This document shows, piece by piece, positions 1-8,873 of a DNA stretch of 64,000 bases (positions are counted from its first letter, which is position 1; each line of letters begins with the position of its first letter). The notes under the pieces were generated by a model that saw only the letters and a program-made list of their open reading frames with translations, did not search any database and was not told the origin of the DNA. Source of the DNA: Vulcanimicrobiota bacterium (GTDB lineage Bacteria; Vulcanimicrobiota; Vulcanimicrobiia; Eremiobacterales; Eremiobacteraceae); the NCBI GenBank assembly GCA_019235715.1, contig JAFAKE010000039.1, positions 4,677 through 68,676 of the forward strand, read 5' to 3'. The translations under genes and the position numbers were made by a program.

Positions 1-31
1 CAGCGCGCCGGCCGGTCACGACACCGATGGG

Positions 32-916
32 ATGACGTTTTCGAAGAAAGTGCAGCCGTTGGACGTCAACGGGAATCCGAGCGCGAGCGGCAAGATCGTG
101 CTGATGTCGATCGGCATGTCCAACACCACTGACGAGTGGTGCGGCAACGGCGGCGGCTCGGCATGCGTCGCCTCGACGTTCACGACGCTCGCCACCGCAT
201 CCGGTGGTCTCAATCCTGCGCTCGTCATCGCCGACGGCGCGCTTGCCGGACAAGACGGCAAGACGTGGCTTGATTCTAACCCCGCGCACTGCTTGCCGGC
301 CAATCCGCCCTGGTGCAACAACTACAACAGAGTTGCGAACACGATACTGCCGCCGCTCTCGGTGTCTGAGAAACAAGTGCAAGTCATCTGGCTCAAGGAG
401 GCGGACGAAAATCCGGCGACGTCGCTGCCCGCCGCCGGCGCGGATGCCTACGTGCTCGAGGGATATCTCGGTCAGATCGTGCGCGCCGCCAAGCAACGCT
501 ATCCCAACTTGCAGATGGTGTTCTTGACAAGCCGCATCTATGGCGGTTATGCGACGACGCCGCTGAATCCGGAACCTTACGCCTACGAATCAGGCTTCGC
601 GGTGAAGTGGTTGATCCAAGCACAGATCACGCAGCTGCAAGGAGGCGGCGTGGACCCCATCGCGGGCGATCTCAATTACAACGCGGGCACTGCGCCCTGG
701 CTCGGCTGGGCCGCCTACGTCTGGGCGAATGGCACGTCCGCGCGCTCGGACGGCATGGTGTGGTGCAATGGGCAGAGCGGTTCGCCGTGCAACGGCGAGC
801 AAGACTACCAGGCAGACGGCACGCACCCGCTCAACCCGACGGGCACGGCAAAGGTCGCCAATCAGCTGTTGAACTTCTTCAAGACGTCGTCTTATACGGC
901 TTCCTGGTTCCTCTAG
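32..916 (+). CDS. SGNH/GDSL-like hydrolase family protein, probably 5'-truncated by the window edge
   Basis: ORF track 32..916. The same frame has no stop back to nt 2, so the true start may lie upstream of the window. SIGMSNT near the N-terminus and DGTHP near the C-terminus resemble SGNH block I (Ser) and block V (DxxH). Third codon positions are G/C-rich. Confidence 0.6.
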   Translation: MTFSKKVQPLDVNGNPSASGKIVLMSIGMSNTTDEWCGNGGGSACVASTFTTLATASGGLNPALVIADGALAGQDGKTWLDSNPAHCLPANPPWCNNYNRVANTILPPLSVSEKQVQVIWLKEADENPATSLPAAGADAYVLEGYLGQIVRAAKQRYPNLQMVFLTSRIYGGYATTPLNPEPYAYESGFAVKWLIQAQITQLQGGGVDPIAGDLNYNAGTAPWLGWAAYVWANGTSARSDGMVWCNGQSGSPCNGEQDYQADGTHPLNPTGTAKVANQLLNFFKTSSYTASWFL

Positions 917-1056
917 AGGTTTAAGCCCGGGCTCATCGGCCGCTCACGCAGTCCTCACGGGCGTCGCAGCCAAAGCGCGCTGGTTTCCACGTTTCACGGA
1001 TAACAAGTCCTGTGACGGCGCGACGCGCCGCACGTGAAGCGAAGGAGACCACACTC

Positions 1057-1530
1057 ATGAACCGCCTGATGACCCTTTCGATCGCGAGCGCGTTGGCAGC
1101 GACGATGATCGCCCCGTCGATGTCGCTTGCGATGTCCGGCCCGCAAAGCGACAGCAACCTGCGCTGGGCGCAGACGCGCGTCGAGCGCGATATCGACATG
1201 CTGCAGCGCGATCAGCACGACTACGACGGCCACCGCGTGAAGGCCATCGAAGACTTCCAAGACGCACGCGGGCAGCTCGCGCTAGCCCTGCGCTACGACC
1301 GCAACCACGACTACGCCATGCCGCTGGCGACGCCGCTGAGCGTCGAACCTGGCGGCTGGAACCGCAGCGATCGCAATCTCGCCTACGTGCGCGGCGACAT
1401 CGAGCAAGTCATCGACGTCCTGCAACGCGACAATCACGACTACGACGGTCATCGCGTCGACGCTATCGCGCAGCTGCAGTACGGCCGCGAGCAAATTGAC
1501 GCGGCACTTGCGTCAGATCGCGGTCACTAG
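1057..1530 (+). CDS. small secreted protein with an internal duplication (2x LQRDxHDYDGHRV motif)
   Basis: In-frame ATG at 1057 lies 9 nt after GAAGGAG (1041-1047). MNRLMTLSIASALAATMIAPSMSLA looks like a signal peptide. Two ~45-aa repeats are visible at DNA level (1201-1250 vs 1420-1469). Confidence 0.75.
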   Translation: MNRLMTLSIASALAATMIAPSMSLAMSGPQSDSNLRWAQTRVERDIDMLQRDQHDYDGHRVKAIEDFQDARGQLALALRYDRNHDYAMPLATPLSVEPGGWNRSDRNLAYVRGDIEQVIDVLQRDNHDYDGHRVDAIAQLQYGREQIDAALASDRGH

Positions 1531-1550
1531 ATCTCAAGAGTTCCTGGGCG

Positions 1551-1584
1551 CGTGGCGGGTTCGAATGAACCCGCTACGCTTTTG
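1551..1584 (+). terminator. rho-independent terminator candidate after the 1057..1530 gene
   Basis: cgtggcgggtt-cgaatg-aacccgctacg forms an 11-bp stem (one G-U) followed by cttttg. The hairpin overlaps the stop codon of the convergent gene 1574..2470. Confidence 0.5.
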
Positions 1585-2470
1585 CGGTAAAGCCTAAGCG
1601 CAAGCTTGCGTCGAGGTTTCTGAACCAAATGGTCTGCGCGTAATTCGCCGCACGCGCCCGATTGCGGATTTTGTCCGCCAGCGACTGTTGCGCGACGATG
1701 CGTGCCACATCGGCAAACGTGTCGGCCCACTGCGCACGCAGGCGCGCGATTGTGGCTCGCGCGGCCGCCGGATGGCTGCCGCGAAAAGGCAGCGCATCGC
1801 GCAGCTGCTCGCCCCACACGAGTTGCGGAGTGATCTGCTCGAGGCTCGCCTTGTCGAGCAGCGTGACCTGCTGGCCGAGCGACTTGTACAGGCGTTCGCG
1901 CTCGACTTCGTCGCGGGGCGTGCAGACATGACCGTAATGAGCGCCGACTGCCGGAACCGCGACGCGCCGCCCCAACGGAGCCAGGCGCTCGTGCACCCCA
2001 CCTTCCCAGCGCCGGCCGGGCGCCAGCCGGAAGAAGCGTAGCCTGCGATGCAGCGTGTTCCAATAATCGAATGATCCGATGAAATTGCGCGAATAGCCAT
2101 CGAGGGCATCGGCGTCGGCGGGCAGTCGTCCCAGCAGCGCAGCCATGTGGGCCAGCTCGCCGCCATGAACCTCGTCGGCGTCAGCGAACAGCGCCCAGCC
2201 GCCGGCAAACTCCGGGGGCGTGGCATCGATGCACGCGTTTCGCGCGGTGGAAAAATCGACAAAAGTGGTTCGCAAGTGTGTCAGGCGTCCGCTGCGCGCG
2301 AAGGCGCTGGCTCCGATAATGGTAGTATTGGAGCCGTCCGCGTCGCCAGAGTTGTCATTGATCACGGCGTGCGTGCAGACATCCGCGATCGATGCGAGCG
2401 CATCGGCGAGATACAACTCCGCACGACGTCCGACGATCATGTGAGCGACGACACCGGGAGCGCCGGTCAT
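1574..2470 (-). CDS. glycosyltransferase family 2-like protein
   Basis: 298-aa ORF. N-terminal HMIVGRRAE...INDNSGD and a DxD-like FADADEV fit a GT-A fold. It is divergent from a GT1 gene 44 nt away. Confidence 0.6.
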   Translation of the reverse strand: MTGAPGVVAHMIVGRRAELYLADALASIADVCTHAVINDNSGDADGSNTTIIGASAFARSGRLTHLRTTFVDFSTARNACIDATPPEFAGGWALFADADEVHGGELAHMAALLGRLPADADALDGYSRNFIGSFDYWNTLHRRLRFFRLAPGRRWEGGVHERLAPLGRRVAVPAVGAHYGHVCTPRDEVERERLYKSLGQQVTLLDKASLEQITPQLVWGEQLRDALPFRGSHPAAARATIARLRAQWADTFADVARIVAQQSLADKIRNRARAANYAQTIWFRNLDASLRLGFTAKA

Positions 2471-2514
2471 GACGCCCGAATTGATGGTTCCAAGGCAGCC
2501 ACCCTCCGCACGAG

Positions 2515-3642
2515 GTGAATGACGTGGCCCTTCGCATTGGCGTCGACGCTTGGAATCTTCCCGGGGACCATCGTGGCATCGGGCGCTACACCCGAGCGCT
2601 GCTGCGCTGCTGGTCCAGCTATAGCCGCGACCACGTCGCGACGACGCTGATCATTCCGGAGTGGCCGCCGCTGCTGCACGCGCCGCGTTACCGCCAAGAG
2701 CTGGGCGGCCTCTCGATGCCGGTGATCCATCGGGCATCGGTCACGCCTAAGTCGTTCGACATCATCTGGTTCCCGTTCAACGGCATGAGCTGGATACCGC
2801 CCGGGTTGGGCGTGGCGACGCTGCATGATGCATCGCTGTTCGCCTTGCCGCCTGACAGCGCGGAGACGCGCGACCAAGAGCAGCGGCCCTTCCGCGTGGC
2901 GGCGGCGACCGCGACGCGCATCATCACAGACTCATATTTCTCGCGCGCCGAACTGGCGCGTCATCTCAACATCGAAACCGAGCGCATCGACGTCGTGCAC
3001 CTCGGCGTCGACTCGGTGCGTGTCGCCCCGGGACCGCCACCGGTTGCGCAGCCGTATCTGCTCTTCGTTGGCGAGACGGAAGCGCGCAAGGGCATCGACG
3101 TGCTGGAGGCCGCCCTCGCCAAGATCGCAGAACCGCCGCTGCTGGTGATCGCGGGCAAACGGACCGGCGCCCACGAGACGATGAGCGAGGACCGCGCCAC
3201 GACCGAGATGCGCACGCCCGTCCGCTATTTGGGCCACGTGTCGGAGAGCGTGCTCGCATCATTGTACGCCGGCGCGAAGGCGGTCATCTATCCCTCGCGC
3301 TACGAAGGCTTCGGCTTGCCTGTGTTGGAGGCGATGGCATACGGCGCGCCGGTGATCGCATCGGATGCCGCGGGCATTCCCGAGGCGGGTGGCGATGCCG
3401 CGCTCTATTTCCCGAGTGGCGACGCCGAAGCGCTCGCCAATGCGATCGAGCTCGTGCTCAACGAGGATGAGTTGGCAGACAATCTGCGAGAGCTCGGCCG
3501 CCGCCGTGCTGCGACGATGACCTGGGATGTGACGGCCTCGCAGACGATGGCGATTTTCGAGCGCGTGTTCAAGATCCGCCGGCGCCGGGCGGTTTCGACG
3601 CCGGGTTCCAGCGGTGCTCACCCTCACCTGATTCGTAGTTGA
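2515..3642 (+). CDS. glycosyltransferase family 1 (GT4-type)
   Basis: Carries the C-terminal GT-B signature YPSRYEGFGLPVLEAMAYGAPVIASDAAGIPE. A second GTG at 2524, preceded by GAGGTG, may be the true start. Confidence 0.85.
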   Translation: MNDVALRIGVDAWNLPGDHRGIGRYTRALLRCWSSYSRDHVATTLIIPEWPPLLHAPRYRQELGGLSMPVIHRASVTPKSFDIIWFPFNGMSWIPPGLGVATLHDASLFALPPDSAETRDQEQRPFRVAAATATRIITDSYFSRAELARHLNIETERIDVVHLGVDSVRVAPGPPPVAQPYLLFVGETEARKGIDVLEAALAKIAEPPLLVIAGKRTGAHETMSEDRATTEMRTPVRYLGHVSESVLASLYAGAKAVIYPSRYEGFGLPVLEAMAYGAPVIASDAAGIPEAGGDAALYFPSGDAEALANAIELVLNEDELADNLRELGRRRAATMTWDVTASQTMAIFERVFKIRRRRAVSTPGSSGAHPHLIRS

Positions 3643-4177
3643 CGTAGCGCGCCCAGGCGAACAGCGCATCCGATAACCGGTTCACGTAGGCCAAGACGAG
3701 CACATCGACTGGTTCGCTGCGCGCGAGCAGTGCGATTGTACGCTCAGCGCGCCTGCACACCGCGCGCGCGAGATGCAAGAACGCGCCGGACAGCGCACCG
3801 CCCGGATGGATGAACGCATCGAGCGCAGGAAGACCGTCTTGCGCTTCATCGATCGCGCCTTCCAATGCGTCGATGTCCGCCTGTCGTATTCGCGGGATCG
3901 ACTCGCGCTTGTCCGCCGGCAGCGTGGCCAGGTCGCTGCCAAGGTTGAAGAGCATGTCCTGCGTCCATGCAAGCCACGCATCCAGCGCTGCGAGTCGCGG
4001 ATTTTCGCGCGCCGCGTCGCGCAGCGCGCTGCGCGCCAGACCGATCGCGCTCGAGCACTCATCGATGTCGCCGAAGCTGCTGATGCGCAGCGAGTCCTTA
4101 GCGACGCGCTGGCCGCCGACGAGCCCGGTCTGGCCCGTGTCGCCCGCACGCGTGTAGATCCGCGTTCGCTTTGCCAC
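3569..4177 (-). CDS. PduO-type ATP:cob(I)alamin adenosyltransferase
   Basis: N-terminus IYTRAGDTGQTGLVGGQRVAKDS...FGDIDECSSAIG and C-terminus NRLSDALFAWARY are typical of the PduO/MMAB family, and the 202-aa length fits. Confidence 0.9.
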   Translation of the reverse strand: MAKRTRIYTRAGDTGQTGLVGGQRVAKDSLRISSFGDIDECSSAIGLARSALRDAARENPRLAALDAWLAWTQDMLFNLGSDLATLPADKRESIPRIRQADIDALEGAIDEAQDGLPALDAFIHPGGALSGAFLHLARAVCRRAERTIALLARSEPVDVLVLAYVNRLSDALFAWARYVNYESGEGEHRWNPASKPPGAGGS

Positions 4178-4189
4178 GCCCTTGATGCG

Positions 4190-4690
4190 CTAGCGGCTGT
4201 ACATGCCTGTCAGCGTCGCTTTGGCGAGGACGTGGCCCTCGATCGCTGCGACCAACTGCGGCCCGGTCATGTCACCCGTCGCGCCGGGCACCGTCGCGAT
4301 GTCGAGCGCGTAAATCGTGAAGTTGTAATGGTGCGCCGGCCCAGGAGGGGGGCATGGGCCGCCATAGCCTTGCGATTTGAAGCTCGTCGTGCCGTTGATC
4401 CACGGTTGCACCGCGCTCTGGGCATTGAGATTGAGATCGCTGCGTGAAGCCGGGATATTGAAGACGATCCAGTGCCACCAGCCGCCCGGCGCGTGCGCGT
4501 CCGGATCGTGCATGGTCAGTGCGAAGCTCTTGGTCTCTGCCGGCGCACCCGTCCAGTGCAGCGCGGGCGCGATGTTCTGACCGCCGCAGCCACTCATATT
4601 GTAGGCGGCGGATTGCGGCAGTCTGCCGCCGTCGGTGAAAGCCGAACTCGCCAGCACGAGTGTGGCGGCAGCGAGCAGTTGTGCGATCAT
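4190..4690 (-). CDS. YbhB/YbcL family phosphatidylethanolamine-binding (Raf kinase inhibitor-like) protein, secreted
   Basis: HDPDAHAPGGWWHWIVFNIP and GYGGPCPPPGPAHHYNFTIYALD are PEBP hallmarks. An N-terminal signal peptide is present. The stop lies 12 nt upstream of the PduO-type gene. Confidence 0.85.
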   Translation of the reverse strand: MIAQLLAAATLVLASSAFTDGGRLPQSAAYNMSGCGGQNIAPALHWTGAPAETKSFALTMHDPDAHAPGGWWHWIVFNIPASRSDLNLNAQSAVQPWINGTTSFKSQGYGGPCPPPGPAHHYNFTIYALDIATVPGATGDMTGPQLVAAIEGHVLAKATLTGMYSR

Positions 4691-4766
4691 TGCGCGTGCG
4701 TCCTTTCAGTGCGCGCGCCCTTTCGGCTCGAGGTCGGCGTTCCCATCTCACGCATGCGCGAAGGGC

Positions 4767-6173
4767 ATGCGCGACGAAAGCAGCGCCCCTGATGAGAGAT
4801 TCAGCACGGTGAATGTCGCCATCACCGGCGCAACGGGCTTCATAGGTGCGGCACTCGTGCGCGCCTTGTCGGCGCGCGGCGATCGCGTGCGAGCGCTCGG
4901 CCGCTCGCCCGACAGGCTCAACGTTCCAGAGGGCGTCGACGTCGCGCGCTTTGATCCGAACGGTCCATCCGATCCGTCGCCATTCGAAGGCATGGACGCG
5001 GTCGTGCATCTTGCGGGCGAAACGGTCGCCGGCCGGTGGACGCGCGAGAAGAAGCGCGCGATCCGTGAATCGCGCGTGCGCGGCACGCGTGCGGTCGTCG
5101 ATTCGATCGGCGCCTGCAAGAACAAACCGCGCGTGCTGGTGTGCGCTTCGGCTGTCGGGTATTATGGCAACCGGCGCGACGAACCGTTGCTCGAGTCGAG
5201 CGCGCCGGGCGACGATTTCCTTGCCCAAGTATGCGTCGAATGGGAGCGCGAAGCGCAACGCGCGCAAACGCTTGGCATGCGCACGGTGTGCCTGCGCCAA
5301 GGCATCGTGTTCGGGCCGAACGGAGGCGCACTGCGCGAAATGCTGCCGCCCTTTCGCGCGTTTGCCGGTGGGCCGTATGGAAACGGATCGCAGTGGATTC
5401 CCTGGATCCATCTCGATGACGATGTTGCGCTCTGTCTGTTCGCACTAGATAACCCGATCCACGGACCGGTCAACGCCGTCTCGCCGGACATCACGACCAG
5501 TACGCGGCTCGCGCGCGCCATCGGCGCCGCTCTGCACCGGCCCGCGTTTGCGTACGCGCCGGCGATCGCGCTCTACGCCATCTTGGGCGAATTTGCGTCG
5601 ACGCTGCTCGCCAGCCAGCTGGTGCTCGCGGACGCCGCATTGCGCGCCGGCTTTGCGTTCGAACACGAGTTGTTAGAAACCGCGCTCGTCGACGTGCTTG
5701 CTGCCGGCAGCGACGTGCACGAACCGGTACACACATTCGAGGACACCGTGACCGTCAAAGCGCCGCTCGAGCGTGTCTTCGCATTCTTCGCCGACGCCTC
5801 GAATCTCGCGCGCATCACGCCGCCGGGTCTCGATTTTCGCATGAGGACCGCCACGCCGGTCGAGATGCAACGCGGCGCGGTCATCGAGTACACCCTTAAA
5901 GTACGCGGAGTGCGCATGCGTTGGAAGTCTTTGATCACTGATTGGCGGCCGCTGGAATCGTTCGTCGACTATCAGGTGCGCGGCCCCTACGAGCTGTGGC
6001 GCCACGAGCACATCTTCGAGGAACGTCCGGGGGGAGTGGCCGTGCGCGATCGCGTCGCGTATTCGTTGCCGTTCGCGCCGGTCGGCGAGCTCGCGTTGCC
6101 GCTCGTGCGCGCAGATGTGGGGAAGATCTTTGATTTTCGGCGCGCATCCGTCGCGCGCGTGTTCGCCGCCTGA
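4767..6173 (+). CDS. YfcH/TIGR01777-like NAD-dependent epimerase fused to a C-terminal SRPBCC (cyclase/dehydrase-like) domain
   Basis: Rossmann motif VAITGATGFIGAALV follows shortly after the ATG at 4767. The earlier part of ORF 4635..6173 overlaps the divergent PEBP gene. The C-terminal ~150 aa (VTVKAPLERVFAFFAD...WRHEH) look SRPBCC-like. Confidence 0.8.
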   Translation: MRDESSAPDERFSTVNVAITGATGFIGAALVRALSARGDRVRALGRSPDRLNVPEGVDVARFDPNGPSDPSPFEGMDAVVHLAGETVAGRWTREKKRAIRESRVRGTRAVVDSIGACKNKPRVLVCASAVGYYGNRRDEPLLESSAPGDDFLAQVCVEWEREAQRAQTLGMRTVCLRQGIVFGPNGGALREMLPPFRAFAGGPYGNGSQWIPWIHLDDDVALCLFALDNPIHGPVNAVSPDITTSTRLARAIGAALHRPAFAYAPAIALYAILGEFASTLLASQLVLADAALRAGFAFEHELLETALVDVLAAGSDVHEPVHTFEDTVTVKAPLERVFAFFADASNLARITPPGLDFRMRTATPVEMQRGAVIEYTLKVRGVRMRWKSLITDWRPLESFVDYQVRGPYELWRHEHIFEERPGGVAVRDRVAYSLPFAPVGELALPLVRADVGKIFDFRRASVARVFAA

Positions 6174-6203
6174 GTTTCGCAGCGATAGCAGGAAGTTGAG
6201 GCG

Positions 6204-6302
6204 CTAGCCGATGCGCACGCCCCAACCTTCAAACCCGCCCAGCTCGTTCGCAGGGCTAAGAACCGTCGGATATTCGAGGCCGATGTTCGCTCGGATCGTC
6301 AT
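6204..6302 (-). CDS. candidate 32-aa small ORF (MTIRANIGLEYPTVLSPANELGGFEGWGVRIG)
   Basis: Below the ORF-track length cutoff. ATG at 6302 is preceded by AAGGAG with a 7-nt spacer (ggaaaggagctgaccaATG). No homology recognised. Confidence 0.3.
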   Translation of the reverse strand: MTIRANIGLEYPTVLSPANELGGFEGWGVRIG

Positions 6303-6481
6303 TGGTCAGCTCCTTTCCAGCATTGACTACCAAGCGAGCGCTCGAAAGTTTCACTGCATTTCGCGGCGTTTCTTGGGACAGGCAGACGCAGGCAGGACGG
6401 GCATTTGAGCGGAATTGTCGCGAGCACCAAGGCGTCGCGCGTCATGCGCGGCGGCAATCGTCGATGTTAAGAGGAGTTCAT

Positions 6482-6940
6482 ATGCGTAAGCTTTCCTTCG
6501 CGCTTTCGGCTCTCGCGATAGCCGCTGTGACCGCCGGCGTGGCGCTCGCGGCAGACTCATCGAATATGGGGTCGATGGGCGCGAAAATGAACAACGTGTT
6601 CCATGTCAATCCGATGACGAAGAGCGGCCAGCAGGGCACGGTCACGATCACGCCCGTCAGCGCCGACAAGACCAAAGTCGTCATCAGCATCACGAACGAA
6701 CCCGTGGGCGCGATCCAGCCCGCGCACATTCATAAGGGCAACTGCGAGCATCCGGGCGCCGTCATCATCCCGTTGACCGACGTCGTCGCCGGGCACTCGA
6801 TGACGATCGTCAACAAGCCGATCGGTCAGGTCTCGATCACGGGCGATTCGGTCAACATCCACAAGTCGGCCGCACAGATCAACGTCTATGTGGGTTGCGC
6901 CGACCTGCACAACATCACCGGTAACATGGGCAATATGTAG
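6482..6940 (+). CDS. secreted protein, CHRD-like motif (AHIHKGNCEHPGAVIIPL)
   Basis: ATG at 6482 lies 5 nt after GAGGAG. MRKLSFALSALAIAAVTAGVALA is a signal peptide. The function call rests on a single motif. Confidence 0.7.
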   Translation: MRKLSFALSALAIAAVTAGVALAADSSNMGSMGAKMNNVFHVNPMTKSGQQGTVTITPVSADKTKVVISITNEPVGAIQPAHIHKGNCEHPGAVIIPLTDVVAGHSMTIVNKPIGQVSITGDSVNIHKSAAQINVYVGCADLHNITGNMGNM

Positions 6941-6984
6941 GCAGCGGCCTACACTGCGATGATCGCTGCTGCGTTCGCGCGCGC

Positions 6985-7260
6985 ATGACCGAGTCGGAGT
7001 TCATCGAGCGCCTCGAACGCAGCGGCAAGTCTGGCGAGACCCTCGCGCTGATCGAGAGCTTGGGGTTTCGCCGCGAATTCGTTCTCGAACAGATGCTCAA
7101 TCAGTCCGGCGCTCTCACCGTCGCGCATATCGCCATGCTCTGGCAGGGCATGCCCAACAAGCACGACCGCAAGCGCACGCGCGCGCTGCTCGACGCGCTG
7201 ACGGAAGCCGGTTTGCTCTCGCACGACGAGCAGGCCGAGACCTGGACGCCATTGCCGTAA
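6985..7260 (+). CDS. hypothetical small protein (91 aa)
   Basis: GC3-rich ORF fitting exactly between neighbouring genes. No family recognised. Confidence 0.55.
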   Translation: MTESEFIERLERSGKSGETLALIESLGFRREFVLEQMLNQSGALTVAHIAMLWQGMPNKHDRKRTRALLDALTEAGLLSHDEQAETWTPLP

Positions 7261-7273
7261 ACGGGCCGCGTTG

Positions 7274-8848
7274 TTAGCGCTGCCACGACCACGCGCCCGC
7301 CGTCGGCGAAAACGGCGTCGGCGCAAAACCGCGCAGCGCGTCGCGAATAGCATATCCGTACGTCGGCGCATAGATGAAGAGATACGGCACGTCGCTCGCG
7401 AGCGCGCGCTGAATCTCGCCATAGAAGTGTCGCCGCGCTGCGGTATCTGCGGTTGAAAGCGCCCTGCGCTCGAGCTCGTCGACAGCCGCGCTGCAATAGC
7501 CCGCATAGTTGGACGCGCCGCCGCAGCTGACCAGATCCGAGTCATCGGGATCTTCGCCGGCGCGCCAGACCACGTACGCGACGTCGTAGGCACCGCTCAT
7601 GAGCAGTCCGCCAACCGCCGCCGGCAGATAGAAGTGCGCCAGCGTGACCTTCTTGATGATCACATCGATGCCACGCGCTGCGAGCATCTGCTGCGCGAGT
7701 TCAGCGGTTCGCACCGCGGTATCGCCCTCCGGAAAAACAGCAAATACGATTTGCAGGCGCTGCCCGCCCTTGGTCCGCATGCCGTCCGCTGCGCGCCGCC
7801 ACCCAAGCGCGTCGAACGCGCGGTCTGCAGATGCCGGGTCGAAGGCGGGCATATGCGCACCGCCGTCATACGCCCACGAGTATGGCGGCTGATCGCTGTC
7901 AGTCAGCGCGTACTGACCTGCCGTTATCGCATCGCTCATGCGCTTGCGGTCGATGCTCGCGGCGACCGCGCGCCGCATGCGCACGTCATCGAACGGCGGC
8001 CGGCGCGTGTTGAACGAAAGGCCCGCAAAACCCGCGAACGGCGCATACACGATCTTTAGATTACGATCCGCAGCCAGCGTGAGACGCTGCGCCGGCGAGA
8101 CGAGCGACCAATCCAGTTCGCCCGAGCGCAGCAGCGTCAGGTCGGTGTTGAAATCGGGCTCGATGAGCACGGCGATTTGCCGCACCCGCGGCCGGCCGCG
8201 ATAATACGCATCGTTTGCAGTATAGATGATACGCGAAGCGCGCTCCCACGAGCGCACGATATAGGGACCGGTCCCCACTGGATGCAGCCCAAAGCGCTCC
8301 CATGCAGCGCTGTCGGCGCGTTCGAGAAGATGCGCCGGCAGCGGCGGCACCGGCTGTACGCCGTACGTGAACAGCGTCTGCACCGCGGGCGCCCACGGCT
8401 TGCGTAAGTGGACGACCGCGGTGTATGGATCGGGTGTGTCGATCGCCGCGATCAGGTCGTAGCCGCGCGTGCTTGTCACATCGTGAGATGGATCCATCAC
8501 CGCATGCCAGGTGAAGCGCACGTCACGCGACGTGAAGGGCGCGCCGTCTTGCCAGCGGACGTCGCGGCGCAAATGATAGGTGATCCTGAGGCCGTCGCGG
8601 CTCACTCCGCCGTTGCTTTGCGTCGGAACGACGCTTGCAAGCGCGGGCACGGTCTTGCCGGCAGCGTCGACATCCAGCAGAAGGTCGAACGTCAGATGTG
8701 CGAGCTGACGCTCGTCGTCACTGCGCGCCAGGAGCGGATTGAGCGAATGCGCATCTTCGGAGACGTTGAAGCTGATGACCGCGGCCTGCGATGGCAGCGC
8801 CGTGTGCGACGGCTGCGGTCCCTTTGCGGCGCAGGATGTAAGCGCCAA
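7274..8848 (-). CDS. ABC transporter substrate-binding protein, family 5 (peptide/nickel type), lipoprotein
   Basis: Length and sequence are typical of DppA/OppA-like SBPs (YTANDAYYRGRP, FNTRRPPFDDVRMRRA). The lipobox LTSC sits at the listed TTG start, so the true start is probably upstream (ATT 8878 or CTG 8914). Confidence 0.85.
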   Translation of the reverse strand: MALTSCAAKGPQPSHTALPSQAAVISFNVSEDAHSLNPLLARSDDERQLAHLTFDLLLDVDAAGKTVPALASVVPTQSNGGVSRDGLRITYHLRRDVRWQDGAPFTSRDVRFTWHAVMDPSHDVTSTRGYDLIAAIDTPDPYTAVVHLRKPWAPAVQTLFTYGVQPVPPLPAHLLERADSAAWERFGLHPVGTGPYIVRSWERASRIIYTANDAYYRGRPRVRQIAVLIEPDFNTDLTLLRSGELDWSLVSPAQRLTLAADRNLKIVYAPFAGFAGLSFNTRRPPFDDVRMRRAVAASIDRKRMSDAITAGQYALTDSDQPPYSWAYDGGAHMPAFDPASADRAFDALGWRRAADGMRTKGGQRLQIVFAVFPEGDTAVRTAELAQQMLAARGIDVIIKKVTLAHFYLPAAVGGLLMSGAYDVAYVVWRAGEDPDDSDLVSCGGASNYAGYCSAAVDELERRALSTADTAARRHFYGEIQRALASDVPYLFIYAPTYGYAIRDALRGFAPTPFSPTAGAWSWQR

Positions 8849-8873
8849 CGCGAGCGCGATGATGAAGAAGCGG

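Noticed and set aside
1551-1578. A GGTTCGAAT-containing hairpin that resembles a tRNA T-arm.
   Set aside because: No acceptor, D or anticodon stems can be drawn around it. The loop has 6 nt, not 7. It sits between convergent genes and is followed by a T-run, so a terminator fits better.
6204-6302. The 32-aa ORF as a lasso-peptide or other RiPP precursor (an A-x6-E spacing could form a macrolactam).
   Set aside because: No maturation genes lie nearby (asparagine-synthetase-like cyclase, leader peptidase, radical SAM, YcaO, ABC exporter). The leader lacks the conserved Thr at -2. It is kept only as a candidate small ORF.
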